From positions 27,509 through 91,508 of IMG/VR virus record IMGVR_UViG_3300036886_000243: a DNA stretch of 64,000 bases, one strand, 5' to 3'. The first letter of the stretch is position 1. Every line of letters begins with the position of its first letter. Both the position numbers and the translations under genes were made by a program. The notes beneath the pieces are model-generated. The model saw nothing but the letters and a program-made list of their open reading frames with translations, was not told the origin of the DNA and ran no database searches. Source of the DNA: a virus. This document shows, one piece after another, positions 54,793 to 64,000 of this stretch.

Positions 54793-55104
54793 ATGGGTAT
54801 GACGTTACACAACTTCTTCCAGGAGCTGAATTACGTGTTGGACGAGCAACACTCTGAGTATATACATAATCTTACTGAAGTAAATTTGAAGCTTCTGACT
54901 AAGAGAGTTTACGAAAACTCGGAACTGGTAAGAAACGAGATCAACCGCCAGGTAAAGCTAACCAAGTATGCTAACCTTCAAGAAGTTATGCAGAGCCTTG
55001 ATAAAGAAGAAGCAGCTAAGTTTGTTACTTGGATGGGTGAGAACATCTTTGGCGCTAACCAAATAATTATTGAAGAACTAGAAAAAATCCTAGTAAAAGG
55101 TTAA
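54793..55104 (+). CDS. putative prohead core/internal protein (LHNFFQELNYVLDE)
   Basis: AGGAG RBS; shared motif with next three genes. Confidence 0.7.
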   Translation: MGMTLHNFFQELNYVLDEQHSEYIHNLTEVNLKLLTKRVYENSELVRNEINRQVKLTKYANLQEVMQSLDKEEAAKFVTWMGENIFGANQIIIEELEKILVKG

Positions 55105-55320
55105 ATGACGGACCTAACTGGATTAGTGTCTAACTTAAGCAACGAACTTGGTGAAGCATCTGAAGAAAAACCGCCGGCAAAATTAGTTTTAACGGCTAAA
55201 AAAATAGTGACATCAGTTCTAAGCAATCCAGATTTTAGGATGACTACTAGCGATAAAAAGCTAGAGAAACTCGTTGAAAATTATATCAAAAAGCTAGAAG
55301 CTTATTTAAAAACTCTTTAG
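55105..55320 (+). CDS. putative internal head protein, paralog of 55576
   Basis: LTGLVSNLSNELGE...YIKKLEAYL. Confidence 0.7.
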   Translation: MTDLTGLVSNLSNELGEASEEKPPAKLVLTAKKIVTSVLSNPDFRMTTSDKKLEKLVENYIKKLEAYLKTL

Positions 55321-55335
55321 AGTGAGGGATCTATA

Positions 55336-55569
55336 ATGACAAAGAAATGCAAAGGCTGTGGCACTAAAATGTATAATGATGAAAAGTATTGCAAGAAATG
55401 TGCCAAGGGCAAATTAAAAGAACAGCTTGAATTGAATACTTTCTTGGCCACCTTAAACAAAGACTTAGAAGAAAATAAGGATTGCCTCGTGAAAGACGGC
55501 AAGAAGGGTATGGCAAAAGGTAAGAAAGTTAAGATGTTGGGCGGCAAGAAACCGATTGCCGGATATTAA
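55336..55569 (+). CDS. zinc-ribbon plus LNTFLATLNKDLEE motif protein
   Basis: KCKGCG...YCKKCA. Confidence 0.7.
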   Translation: MTKKCKGCGTKMYNDEKYCKKCAKGKLKEQLELNTFLATLNKDLEENKDCLVKDGKKGMAKGKKVKMLGGKKPIAGY

Positions 55570-55575
55570 AACTAA

Positions 55576-55812
55576 ATGGTAGATTTAGATAAGTTCGTAC
55601 TTGATTTAAATAACGAACTAAATGAAAAATTTGATTTGGCTACTACAAAAAAACCAGCAATGGTCAAAGTGGCCAAAATATTTTTAGATAACGTACTAAC
55701 CAGCACATTAGAAAATATACAAGGGCACCGATATCACCATATGGGCCAGGAAGAAGCTAAAGTAACTACTGACTATATTAAAAAATTGAAAACTTATCTA
55801 GGCGCTCTATAA
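55576..55812 (+). CDS. putative internal head protein, paralog of 55105
   Basis: LDKFVLDLNNELNE...YIKKLKTYL. Confidence 0.7.
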   Translation: MVDLDKFVLDLNNELNEKFDLATTKKPAMVKVAKIFLDNVLTSTLENIQGHRYHHMGQEEAKVTTDYIKKLKTYLGAL

Positions 55813-55819
55813 AGGATTT

Positions 55820-56155
55820 ATGAGTCGGACTACAGAGCTAATAGAATACAGAAAACAAAAGCACTGGAAACAATTAAAGAAACTATACTCTAATGTGGGT
55901 TGTGAGCTTTGTGGAGCTAAAAGAAAAAAAGGCCGCGCCTTCGTAATACATCATCAGCATTATAATTCTTTAAACAACGAACAGCGTGAGGATTTGCAAA
56001 TTCTTTGCCGCCGTTGCCACAACATGTGTCATGATATTATTAAGATGAAAGATGGATCTGATTTTGTGGCAGGTCTAAAAGACTATGTCAGAAAATATTT
56101 TATATACTGCGATACCAAGAAAAGTGTTAATATAATTAGCGAGGTGAAAATATAA
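55820..56155 (+). CDS. HNH endonuclease
   Basis: CELCG...IHHQHY....E..EDLQILCRRCH. Confidence 0.8.
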   Translation: MSRTTELIEYRKQKHWKQLKKLYSNVGCELCGAKRKKGRAFVIHHQHYNSLNNEQREDLQILCRRCHNMCHDIIKMKDGSDFVAGLKDYVRKYFIYCDTKKSVNIISEVKI

Positions 56156-56725
56156 ATGGTTGGTATAATCTATTTAGCAACTAATCAGGTTAATGGGAAA
56201 GTATACGTGGGGCAAACCATCAAAACGCTCACTTGGAGAAAGGGCAAACACTATAACAGATTATCTGACGATGACAATGCTCATTTTCATAACGCTTTGA
56301 GAAAATACAAAAGAACAGATTGGACTTGGGAAATTTTAGAAGAAGTTATTAGTGATACCAAAAAAGAAGCTAAAGAAATTTTGACTAAATACGAAAAATA
56401 TTATATAAAAGTATTAGATTCTAAAAATCGATTAATTGGCTATAACGGCACAGTGGGTGGCGACGGAGTCGTAGACCCTTCTGAAGACGTTAGATATAGT
56501 ATGGGAAAATCTTGGAGAGGTAAGCGATTACCCAACGATATGAAAAAACTCATGAGCGAATCGCACAAAGGAAAACCATGTCCTGAAAGTGCAAAAATAA
56601 AAATAGGTAACGCTTTACGAGGAAAATCAAATTGGTGGAAAGATCGGCCCAAATCAATTGAGCAAAAAGAAAAAATGAGACAATCAGCTCTTAAGCGTTA
56701 TACAACAGTTAAGGAGATAATATAA
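56156..56725 (+). CDS. GIY-YIG homing endonuclease with NUMOD3 motifs
   Basis: GIIYLATNQVNGKVYVGQT; GYN...GG; MSESHKGK. Confidence 0.9.
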   Translation: MVGIIYLATNQVNGKVYVGQTIKTLTWRKGKHYNRLSDDDNAHFHNALRKYKRTDWTWEILEEVISDTKKEAKEILTKYEKYYIKVLDSKNRLIGYNGTVGGDGVVDPSEDVRYSMGKSWRGKRLPNDMKKLMSESHKGKPCPESAKIKIGNALRGKSNWWKDRPKSIEQKEKMRQSALKRYTTVKEII

Positions 56726-56726
56726 A

Positions 56727-59102
56727 GTGGATCGAAACAGGGAGATACAAAAGAAAAGCGAAATTATCCAGTCCTATTTCAACAAACTTGGAATCTCCAA
56801 GATTCGAGATTTAGCAACTATTGATCCTAATAAAAATAACGATGCTTTTCAGGCCTTTGGATCTTATCGAACAAATGTCGAATCATTTACTTCAATAGAT
56901 CAAAGTAGAATGATGCGATATAGACAATATGAGCAGATGTGTATAACTCTAGATACTAAAATCGATTTATTAGATGGTAGATCAATTTCGCTTTCAGATT
57001 TAATAAAAGAATATGAGGCTGGTAAAGAAAACTGGACATATTCAATAGACACTAACAATGGTAACAAAGCAGTTTCAGGTAAGATTGAGTGGGCAGGAAT
57101 AACAAGAAAAAACGTTGAGTTGGTTGAAGTTTTTATAGACAATAAATCAATTCGTTGCACTCCTGATCATAAATTCATGTTAGATGATGGTACTTACAAA
57201 GAAGCCAAAGATTTACAACCCAACGAACTTCTAATGTCGAAAGACCAAAATCATAGAGTAATAAAAGTTGAAGAACTTAGCGTTACAGAAGATACTGGCT
57301 GTATTACAGTAGCTGAATATCACAACTTTAGTGTATTAGACTCTATATACATAAAAAATTGTTATGTTCCAGAACTAAACGGTGGTATAGAGCTTTATGC
57401 TGATGATAGCTCTTTATATAACGAACAAGACAAGACTATAAACATAGAATCAGATAATCAAGAAGTAGTAGACGCTTTAGACAATTTATTTTTTAAATCG
57501 CTAGATCTTAATTCAGTGTTATGGCACATCGTATATAACACTTGTAAATATGGTGATTCATTCTACGAAGTAATTCCTGACAACTTTAAGAACCCCAGAC
57601 GAATAAAATATTTAAGATTCATACCTCCTCAATTTGTTGGACGAAAAGAAAGAGACGGAAACTTACTAGAGTTCATAGTAAAAGTTCCAGAAGATGTGAC
57701 GGTGGGATCGACAAGTTTTACATCTACGCAATCTCAAGAAATAAGTCTTAAACCTTGGCAAATAGTTCACTTCAAGCTGGATGACAAAGAGTTTGAACCC
57801 TATGGTAAATCAGTATTGGAGCCTGGACGTTTAGCATTCAAACAAATGAAATTGATAGAAGACGCAATGCTAATTTATAGGATCTCAAGGGCGCCTGAGA
57901 GGAGGGTTTTTAACATACCAGTTGGTAATTTGCCATATAGAGAATCAATGGCAAGAGTAGCTGACTTCCAGCAGAGGTATAGGAAAACTCCTTGGATAGA
58001 CCCTCAAACTGGAGAAATAAGCTATAAAGAGAATCCCTTAAGTATTAACGATGACTTCTTCCTACCTAAGAGACCAGATGGCTCAGGAGTAACTATTGAA
58101 TATCTACCTGGTGGCCAACAATTAGGTGAGATTGACGACGTTCGGTATTTCAAAGAAAAAATCCTACGAACCATGAGAATTCCCATAGCTTATTTGACTG
58201 GGGAGCTAACAGGTGATGTAGCTAAGACTTCTTTGGCTGCAATGGACGTAAGATTTGCTAAAACTATTGAAAGAGTTCAAAAACAAATATTACGTGGTCT
58301 AGAAAAACTGGCCACTATTGAATTAGCTTTTAAGAGATTTAGCTTAGATGACCTACAATCATTTGTGCTTAAACTAACTCCTGCTTCGAAAATTTATGAA
58401 TTACAGAACTTGGAAATGATGACACAAAGAATTAATGTCATACAAGCTGCCATGAATTTGAAGGACGAAGCGGGTAATTTATACCTACCTACCGAGTGGA
58501 TGTACAAGAATATTAGTAAATTCACAGACCAAGAAATATCTGTTATCAAACTAATGCAACAATCTGAAGCTGCTCACAAGGCGGAGATCGCCGCAGCAGC
58601 GGCTCAAGCTACAGCAGGGGCAGAAGGCGGCGGAGCACCTGGCGGTGGTTTAACTACAGAAGTACCAGGTGGTGGATTAGGTGGCGGAGCACCTGGTGGT
58701 GGATTAGAGGCTGGAGCTTTACCAGGAGCTGAAGCAGGCGCTGTACCTCCTGGTGGAGAAATCGCTCCTGCTCCAGGGGCCGCAGGAGTCGGTGGACCGG
58801 CCCCCGAGAATACCCCCGCTCCTACAGGTGGAGGTGCTGAATTGGCAGTAGCTGGACAAATACTAAATATAGCGAGTGAACAGTTCTTACTTGAAAATGA
58901 GAATGATATTAAGAAACTGATAAAATATGTGAAAGAGCAGCAAGAAAATCAAAAGATAACTAAAGATAAATCTGTAACTAAAGTCAGAGGAAAAATGTAC
59001 GAAAACCATTTCAACCAACTCTTTATTGCTGGCGAACTCAAAGGATTGATTCGACGCAAAAATGGAGAGAACAATAACAAAAAGGAAATGTTAGAGGACT
59101 AG
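56727..59102 (+). CDS. portal protein (T4 gp20-like) with intein and Gly/Ala/Pro-rich tail
   Basis: PYGKSVLEP.R...KQ..LIEDAMLIYRISRAPERRVF; DDFFLP.R; LPGGQQLGEIDDV.YF. Confidence 0.95.
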   Translation: MDRNREIQKKSEIIQSYFNKLGISKIRDLATIDPNKNNDAFQAFGSYRTNVESFTSIDQSRMMRYRQYEQMCITLDTKIDLLDGRSISLSDLIKEYEAGKENWTYSIDTNNGNKAVSGKIEWAGITRKNVELVEVFIDNKSIRCTPDHKFMLDDGTYKEAKDLQPNELLMSKDQNHRVIKVEELSVTEDTGCITVAEYHNFSVLDSIYIKNCYVPELNGGIELYADDSSLYNEQDKTINIESDNQEVVDALDNLFFKSLDLNSVLWHIVYNTCKYGDSFYEVIPDNFKNPRRIKYLRFIPPQFVGRKERDGNLLEFIVKVPEDVTVGSTSFTSTQSQEISLKPWQIVHFKLDDKEFEPYGKSVLEPGRLAFKQMKLIEDAMLIYRISRAPERRVFNIPVGNLPYRESMARVADFQQRYRKTPWIDPQTGEISYKENPLSINDDFFLPKRPDGSGVTIEYLPGGQQLGEIDDVRYFKEKILRTMRIPIAYLTGELTGDVAKTSLAAMDVRFAKTIERVQKQILRGLEKLATIELAFKRFSLDDLQSFVLKLTPASKIYELQNLEMMTQRINVIQAAMNLKDEAGNLYLPTEWMYKNISKFTDQEISVIKLMQQSEAAHKAEIAAAAAQATAGAEGGGAPGGGLTTEVPGGGLGGGAPGGGLEAGALPGAEAGAVPPGGEIAPAPGAAGVGGPAPENTPAPTGGGAELAVAGQILNIASEQFLLENENDIKKLIKYVKEQQENQKITKDKSVTKVRGKMYENHFNQLFIAGELKGLIRRKNGENNNKKEMLED
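56940..57359 (+). mobile_element. mini-intein (140 aa, no endonuclease) in portal
   Basis: C1 CITLDTKI, block B RCTPDHKF, block F/G TGCITV..YHNF...YIKN, +1 Cys. Confidence 0.9.
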
Positions 59103-59115
59103 GAGGAAGGTCTCA

Positions 59116-60372
59116 ATGGAATTTACATACAGTGATATTCGAATGGCTATGGCAGGCAACAATGAGAACGTAGCTAAATTAATAAAACAAAAGATAGCTG
59201 AGTCAGAGAACGCTGCCGTCGCTCTCGTTTTTGATGATAAATTGATTGTGTTAGACGAAGAGAATGATAAGTTCTACTCTGTTGATTACGCAATCGAAAG
59301 CGTCAACAAGCACGAGAAAGCTCTACTCTTGAAGACCTGGGAGCCGATCAATTTCATAGCTGATAATGAGTCAAGACTCGATCAGTTAGCCGAAGAGTTC
59401 TTCGATCCCACGTCGCAAAAAGAGATAACAGTTGGCAAACTGGTGGAAGCTTTTAAAATGAAATTTGCCGATGAGCCCCTAAAGAGGCTCTTAAACAGAA
59501 CCTCCTGCGAAAAGAAAGTAATGCAGGAATCTGTAGAAAAGATAAAGGCTCTGAAGGAAATCAGAGATGTAAGAGAGTATTTTACTGACGACATTATAGA
59601 CATCATTGAAGACCCTAAGATTGGGTCACTATATATTAGAATCAGTGAGAATGCCCCCGTACAAAGCACCGTTTCTAAAATCGATTTCAAATCACCTATA
59701 TCCGTTTCACTATTTAGTGAATCATCTGGTAAGGTCGTTAATATGTCTGAGGCTAAGAAGATGAAGAAGAGATCGATGAATGTAAAACAGAAGGTCATGA
59801 ATTCAACTTGGACCTCTGAGTCATTCAAAGATGATTTCAAGAGCTTCCTAAACGAACTAGCAGAAGCCGATGACGCAAAGAAGGTCATGGATAATTTTAT
59901 AAAGCAACACGTTGAGATTACTATTCTAGAAGCTGACGAACTTGAGGATCTAATCCTAAAGACAGCCTTGATGATTGGTGAGAGTCAGAAAGCCGATTCA
60001 GTAGTTGAATTATTCAAAGAGTATTACACGTTGGATGAGTTCCAGGCTCTAAAAGATGAATTCATAACTAGAAATAATATCACAGCTGATGGAACAATGA
60101 CTACCGAAGAGCCAATTGATGAAGAAGAAGAGGAAGATAAATCAGCTAAAGAAACTGCTATTGACGAAGATTCAATAAACAAGATTCTAAAAGTCCTCAA
60201 CAAGATTAGTGAAAACTTAAAAGAGAAGACTTTGGAATTCAGATATACAAAGGGATTTATCTCCGCTCTAGAAGATGCTAAGGTCGGATCCATCTCAGAG
60301 GGTAAACTTAAAGAAATCCTAGACTTCTTGACTGCAATATACGAAGAGGCCAAATCCGAACAGGAGGACTAA
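59116..60372 (+). CDS. acidic helical prohead core protein (putative)
   Basis: Between portal and protease; AGGAGG RBS; many L/I-x-E sites. Confidence 0.65.
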   Translation: MEFTYSDIRMAMAGNNENVAKLIKQKIAESENAAVALVFDDKLIVLDEENDKFYSVDYAIESVNKHEKALLLKTWEPINFIADNESRLDQLAEEFFDPTSQKEITVGKLVEAFKMKFADEPLKRLLNRTSCEKKVMQESVEKIKALKEIRDVREYFTDDIIDIIEDPKIGSLYIRISENAPVQSTVSKIDFKSPISVSLFSESSGKVVNMSEAKKMKKRSMNVKQKVMNSTWTSESFKDDFKSFLNELAEADDAKKVMDNFIKQHVEITILEADELEDLILKTALMIGESQKADSVVELFKEYYTLDEFQALKDEFITRNNITADGTMTTEEPIDEEEEEDKSAKETAIDEDSINKILKVLNKISENLKEKTLEFRYTKGFISALEDAKVGSISEGKLKEILDFLTAIYEEAKSEQED

Positions 60373-60373
60373 T

Positions 60374-60853
60374 ATGTCATTTGACAAAACTAGGGCCAGA
60401 GCCACACTAGAAGAACTTCTAGATCTTGCTGGTGTACCTCAACCGGAACTCTTCGAAAATCGCGATCAGCAACAAGAAGAAATTGAAGCTGATTATATTG
60501 AAGAAGATTTAAGTGAGGCTGATGATGCTGAGCCAGGCGAAGAACCTGACGAAGACGAACCTGAAGCCGAAACTATGAAACCGCCTAAGGGTAAGAAAGA
60601 AGAAAGACCTGATGAAGAAGAACCCGAAGAGGGCGAAGAGGAACCCGACGATAAAGAAATTCATGATACTTGGAAAGTATCAATCAAAACGGGTGGACCT
60701 TTCAAGTTTGATATGTACGAAAATTATTTTTATATTTGGTATAGAAGCAAAAAGAGCGAACGAATAGATATACCACCTAAGTTCAAAGCTTTCCGCAAAG
60801 AAATGGCTAAACTCTTTAATAAAATTATGACGTACGTCGAGAAGGCAAGCTAA
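60374..60853 (+). CDS. acidic prohead core protein (putative)
   Basis: EELLDLAGV motif shared with scaffold C-terminus. Confidence 0.65.
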   Translation: MSFDKTRARATLEELLDLAGVPQPELFENRDQQQEEIEADYIEEDLSEADDAEPGEEPDEDEPEAETMKPPKGKKEERPDEEEPEEGEEEPDDKEIHDTWKVSIKTGGPFKFDMYENYFYIWYRSKKSERIDIPPKFKAFRKEMAKLFNKIMTYVEKAS

Positions 60854-60854
60854 A

Positions 60855-61493
60855 ATGGAAGAAAAAAATTTACTTACCGAATTTCAGGATTTCACTTACC
60901 AAGTAATCACTGAAGACAGAGAAGGCGGCGGACCTAAGAAAACTATGCTAAAAGGATTATTCCAACATGGTGATATTAGAAATGGTAATGGTCGAATGTA
61001 TCCGAGACCTATTCTCGAAAGAGAAATAAATAAAAATATAGAAAAAGTAAAGACTAGAAATATGTTAGGCGAATTGGACCATCCTACGGAAGGAAAGATT
61101 CACTTAGACAAAGTATCTCATGTCATTACTGAACTTAATATACAGACTGATGGCCGTGTAATGGGTTCACTAGAAGTATTTGATGGACCGGATGAAGTTG
61201 GTGGAACACCTAAGGGTAGAATTCTTGGTTCATTAATTAGGAGAAATATCAAACTTGGTATCTCTTCTAGAGGCTTTGGTACTACAAAAGAATCTGGTGA
61301 CGTTAACGAAGTACAGGACGATTTCAGACTTATAACGTTTGATATAGTCGCTGATCCTTCAACACCGGGTGCATATCCATCTGCAGTATATGAAGAAAAG
61401 AGTGTAGAGAGTTGGATGAGTGAACCACTACCACCACCTCCAACTAAGCCTTTTTCAGAAGTACTAAAAGAAAGTTTAGTTTTAGATAATTAG
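60855..61493 (+). CDS. prohead maturation protease (T4 gp21-like)
   Basis: NGNGRMYP, LGELDHP, VSH, GISSRGFG, FDIVADPSTPGA. Confidence 0.95.
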   Translation: MEEKNLLTEFQDFTYQVITEDREGGGPKKTMLKGLFQHGDIRNGNGRMYPRPILEREINKNIEKVKTRNMLGELDHPTEGKIHLDKVSHVITELNIQTDGRVMGSLEVFDGPDEVGGTPKGRILGSLIRRNIKLGISSRGFGTTKESGDVNEVQDDFRLITFDIVADPSTPGAYPSAVYEEKSVESWMSEPLPPPPTKPFSEVLKESLVLDN

Positions 61494-61507
61494 GAGGTTA
61501 GTTTTTC

Positions 61508-62452
61508 ATGAATATATTGAGTGAGATTGAGCTTAATGAAAGGCAAGTCAAGGCCTTTAATGAAGAACTCAACAGATGGAAGGAAAAGAAGACTACCCAG
61601 ATAGCTGAGGAAGTTAAGACACAACTCCAGGCTGAGTTCGATGTTAAGGCACGAGAGGCCGAAGAAGAGAAAGAGAATTTCAAAAGAGAACAAGAAGACT
61701 TAGTAGAAGAAATCAAAACCAAGATGCAGAAAGTTATGGTGAAGAGATTCACCTCTGCTCTCCAGAGCATGTACGAAGAACTTAAAGTTGAAGCTAGAAA
61801 AGATGTACTCGGTGACCCGAGGATTGTAGCCCTTGAAGAAATTAAGAACGTTGTATATCCATTAATGGATGAGACCGTTACCAAGGGATATGTAGATGAA
61901 CTTGCTAGAGCTCTACAGATGATCGAGTCTAAGGAAGATGAGGTTGATAGACTGAAGGCCAAGCTAAAGCTAAAGGAGATTACATCCGCACTATCTCCAG
62001 TAGTTGCCGAAGCTGTTGAAGCTTTCGTTGGTGATGCCGCTTCCGAAGAAGAAGTCGTAGAGAAATACTCCAGACTAAAGAGCCTTGTAAACGAGGCAAC
62101 TTATTCCGATATCGCCGAAGCCAAGAAGAAGGACAAGGACGACGAGGAAGAGGAAGAAGAGGAAGAAGAACCTTCCGAAGAAGAAGAGGACGACTCTGAG
62201 GAACACGAAGAGGGCGAGTCCGAAGAAGAGGAAGAGGAAGAACATAAGGGAAAGAAAGGAAAGAAGGGAAAGAAAGGAAAGAAAGACGACGAGGAAGAAG
62301 AGGAAGAGCCTGAGGAAGAAGAACCAGAAATGGAAGAGGAGGAGCTAGAAATCCGCCCATCCGTTCACTACGAGAAGAATGATTCTGACGAGACCAAGCA
62401 GAGATATGTAAATGAGCTTAATGAAATGCTAGATCTCGCTGGTATTAAGTAA
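61508..62452 (+). CDS. prohead scaffold protein (T4 gp22-like)
   Basis: Coiled-coil, poly-Glu tracts, KGKKGKKGKK, C-terminal EMLDLAGIK; position before MCP. Confidence 0.85.
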   Translation: MNILSEIELNERQVKAFNEELNRWKEKKTTQIAEEVKTQLQAEFDVKAREAEEEKENFKREQEDLVEEIKTKMQKVMVKRFTSALQSMYEELKVEARKDVLGDPRIVALEEIKNVVYPLMDETVTKGYVDELARALQMIESKEDEVDRLKAKLKLKEITSALSPVVAEAVEAFVGDAASEEEVVEKYSRLKSLVNEATYSDIAEAKKKDKDDEEEEEEEEEPSEEEEDDSEEHEEGESEEEEEEEHKGKKGKKGKKGKKDDEEEEEEPEEEEPEMEEEELEIRPSVHYEKNDSDETKQRYVNELNEMLDLAGIK

Positions 62453-62481
62453 AGCAATTAGAACACTTTTGGAGGTAAATA

Positions 62482-64000
62482 ATGCTTTTTGATTATAACA
62501 GATTAAGGAAAGAGCAGAAGGAGAAGATCCTCGGAAAATGGAAGCCGTTCCTCAAGGGAATAGAGGACGAATATCTACGAGAATCCACTGCTATGCTTCT
62601 GGAAAATGAAGCACAATATCTAATGGAAGACCCAGCTACACAGTCTACGGACGTAGTTGGTATCCAGAAGATCCTTCTACCCATAGTAAGAAGGGTATTC
62701 CCCAACTTAGTCGCAAATAACCTAGTTTCAGTACAGCCTCTGGCTGGACCTACTGGTGTTATATTCTGGCTAAAATATGAATTCGCTAGTTCGAAGTCTA
62801 CTACAATTGCTGGATCTGAGTATTCGGCATTCGGTACTAACCCCAATAACGTAGCTGAGGGTTACAACCCGTACTATTCTTCTGATAGCGTAGAAAGCTA
62901 CACAGTGTCACTAGTCGATGGTGCTGGTGCTGCTCACTCTCTAGTACAGTTCAATGGCGATCCAAACTGGCTAAACGGTATTCAAGGTTCTAACTGGACT
63001 AACGCTACCAACGCTCTATTGAGCAGAGTTATCGTAAGGTTCACCGTTAGCGTAACCGCTACTCCTACTACATTCTCTACCTACTTGGTAGCATTCAATG
63101 GTAGGGCCGGCCAGAATTATTGGCAGATTAAAGAAACTGATCGAGGTGGAGCCGGAGTTCCTCTAGATTCTGCATTCACTACTCTAGTTGAACCAACAAT
63201 TCCGTACACATTCCCAGTTCCTAATACACCAGGTGGACCATATGCATGGATTCCACAGAGCGGTGTACTACCACAGCTAACAGTAACTTATACTGACGCA
63301 ACGCAACTATTCTCAGTAGACCTATTTGGACAGAACACTGACTTTATCAACGCTACTTATACGTTCACCGGTCTACAGTCATTCTATGCCTACCTACAGG
63401 AAGGGTCAACCGAAATCCCCGATATGAAGATCGCAATTTCTCAGTACCCCGTAACTGTAAAGTCTAGGAAGCTAAAGGCTACCTGGACGAACGAAGCTGA
63501 GCAAGACTTGAAGGCATACCACGGCCTAAACGCCGATGCAGAATTAACTGCATTGGTTTCAAACGAGATGATCGCTGAAATTGACCGTGAAATTGTCAAC
63601 ACTTGCTTGGACATTGTTCCTATTTCCTCATTCCGATTCTTGGACTGGACCTCTGATGTTTCTAACAACACCACTGGTAACTACCTTGATAGGAACAGGA
63701 ACTTGGTTCAGGTCCTAGTAGAGCTCAGCAATGAAATATACCGAAAGAGCAAGATCGGACCAGGGAACTGGATCATCACATCTCCTAAGGTATCAGCTTA
63801 TCTAGAAGTCCTTGAGGGATTCATCGCTGCACCGGCAGCTACTCAGGGCGGCCTTGGAATCGTAAAGGCTGGAGACTATAGAGGCACATTCGCAGTTTAC
63901 AAGGATCCTCTATTCCCACCTAACAAGATTCTAATGGGTCACAAGAGCCCCAGCTCCCCATTCGGCGCTGGAGTAGTCTACGCGCCTTATGTCACGCAGG
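62482..64000 (+). CDS. major capsid protein (T4 gp23-like), truncated by window end
   Basis: Not in track; GGAGG RBS; LLENE, LPIVRRVFPNLVANNLVSVQPLAGPTG, KSRKLKATWTNEAEQDLKAYHGLNADAEL, VVYAPYV. Confidence 0.95.
   Translation, partial: MLFDYNRLRKEQKEKILGKWKPFLKGIEDEYLRESTAMLLENEAQYLMEDPATQSTDVVGIQKILLPIVRRVFPNLVANNLVSVQPLAGPTGVIFWLKYEFASSKSTTIAGSEYSAFGTNPNNVAEGYNPYYSSDSVESYTVSLVDGAGAAHSLVQFNGDPNWLNGIQGSNWTNATNALLSRVIVRFTVSVTATPTTFSTYLVAFNGRAGQNYWQIKETDRGGAGVPLDSAFTTLVEPTIPYTFPVPNTPGGPYAWIPQSGVLPQLTVTYTDATQLFSVDLFGQNTDFINATYTFTGLQSFYAYLQEGSTEIPDMKIAISQYPVTVKSRKLKATWTNEAEQDLKAYHGLNADAELTALVSNEMIAEIDREIVNTCLDIVPISSFRFLDWTSDVSNNTTGNYLDRNRNLVQVLVELSNEIYRKSKIGPGNWIITSPKVSAYLEVLEGFIAAPAATQGGLGIVKAGDYRGTFAVYKDPLFPPNKILMGHKSPSSPFGAGVVYAPYVTQ

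Noticed and set aside
42479-63674. Minus-strand ORFs such as 42479..43063, 45781..46236, 59382..59888, 61498..61962, 62493..62846
   Set aside because: Ser/Phe/Leu-rich mirror images of Glu/Lys-rich plus-strand genes or of the MCP
1-64000. Stop-codon reassignment (common in some large phages)
   Set aside because: Conserved genes (terminase, portal, MCP) are uninterrupted in code 11 and TAA, TAG and TGA all end genes at sensible boundaries; the TAG in dnaK is explained by a frameshift
1-64000. tRNA or rRNA genes
   Set aside because: No intergenic stretch with a cloverleaf, T-loop (GTTCRA) and acceptor stem was recognised by eye; tRNAscan-SE would be needed to exclude fully

Overview
AT-rich, densely coding, almost entirely + strand segment of a large (jumbo/huge) T4-like tailed phage genome using standard genetic code 11. 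The right end holds a T4-type head module: terminase large subunit, portal (gp20-like) with a 140-aa mini-intein, prohead core proteins, prohead protease (gp21-like), scaffold (gp22-like) and a major capsid protein (gp23-like) that runs off the window and is missing from the ORF track. A gp55-like sigma factor lies at 46.4 kb. The left end holds repeat-rich beta-fibre/tail-type structural genes. The middle is accessory: MazF/PemK, PARG-type macrodomain, minimal ATP-dependent ligase, DgkA/UdpK, HicB, UDG, Ogg, dTMP kinase, ATP-grasp ligase, a nucleotidyltransferase, seven nuclease/homing-endonuclease-like genes, and a dnaK broken by a microhomology deletion. The most unexplained signals are: (1) about 16 dispersed, otherwise unrelated small proteins that all end in the same amphipathic helix ([KRH]-x-hydrophobic-hydrophobic-x-x-hydrophobic-F/W); (2) a parallel set of N-terminal capsid-targeting-like peptides ending in L/I-x-E, one of which is on an antitoxin-less MazF; (3) two promoter grammars, AAGATAA (late-like, often 4 nt before a leaderless ATG) and TCGACA-N6-TAnn(A/C)T (a -35-like hexamer one helical turn too close); (4) a domain nested inside a copy of itself inside a third domain. 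All family assignments come from motif recognition by eye; no searches were run.
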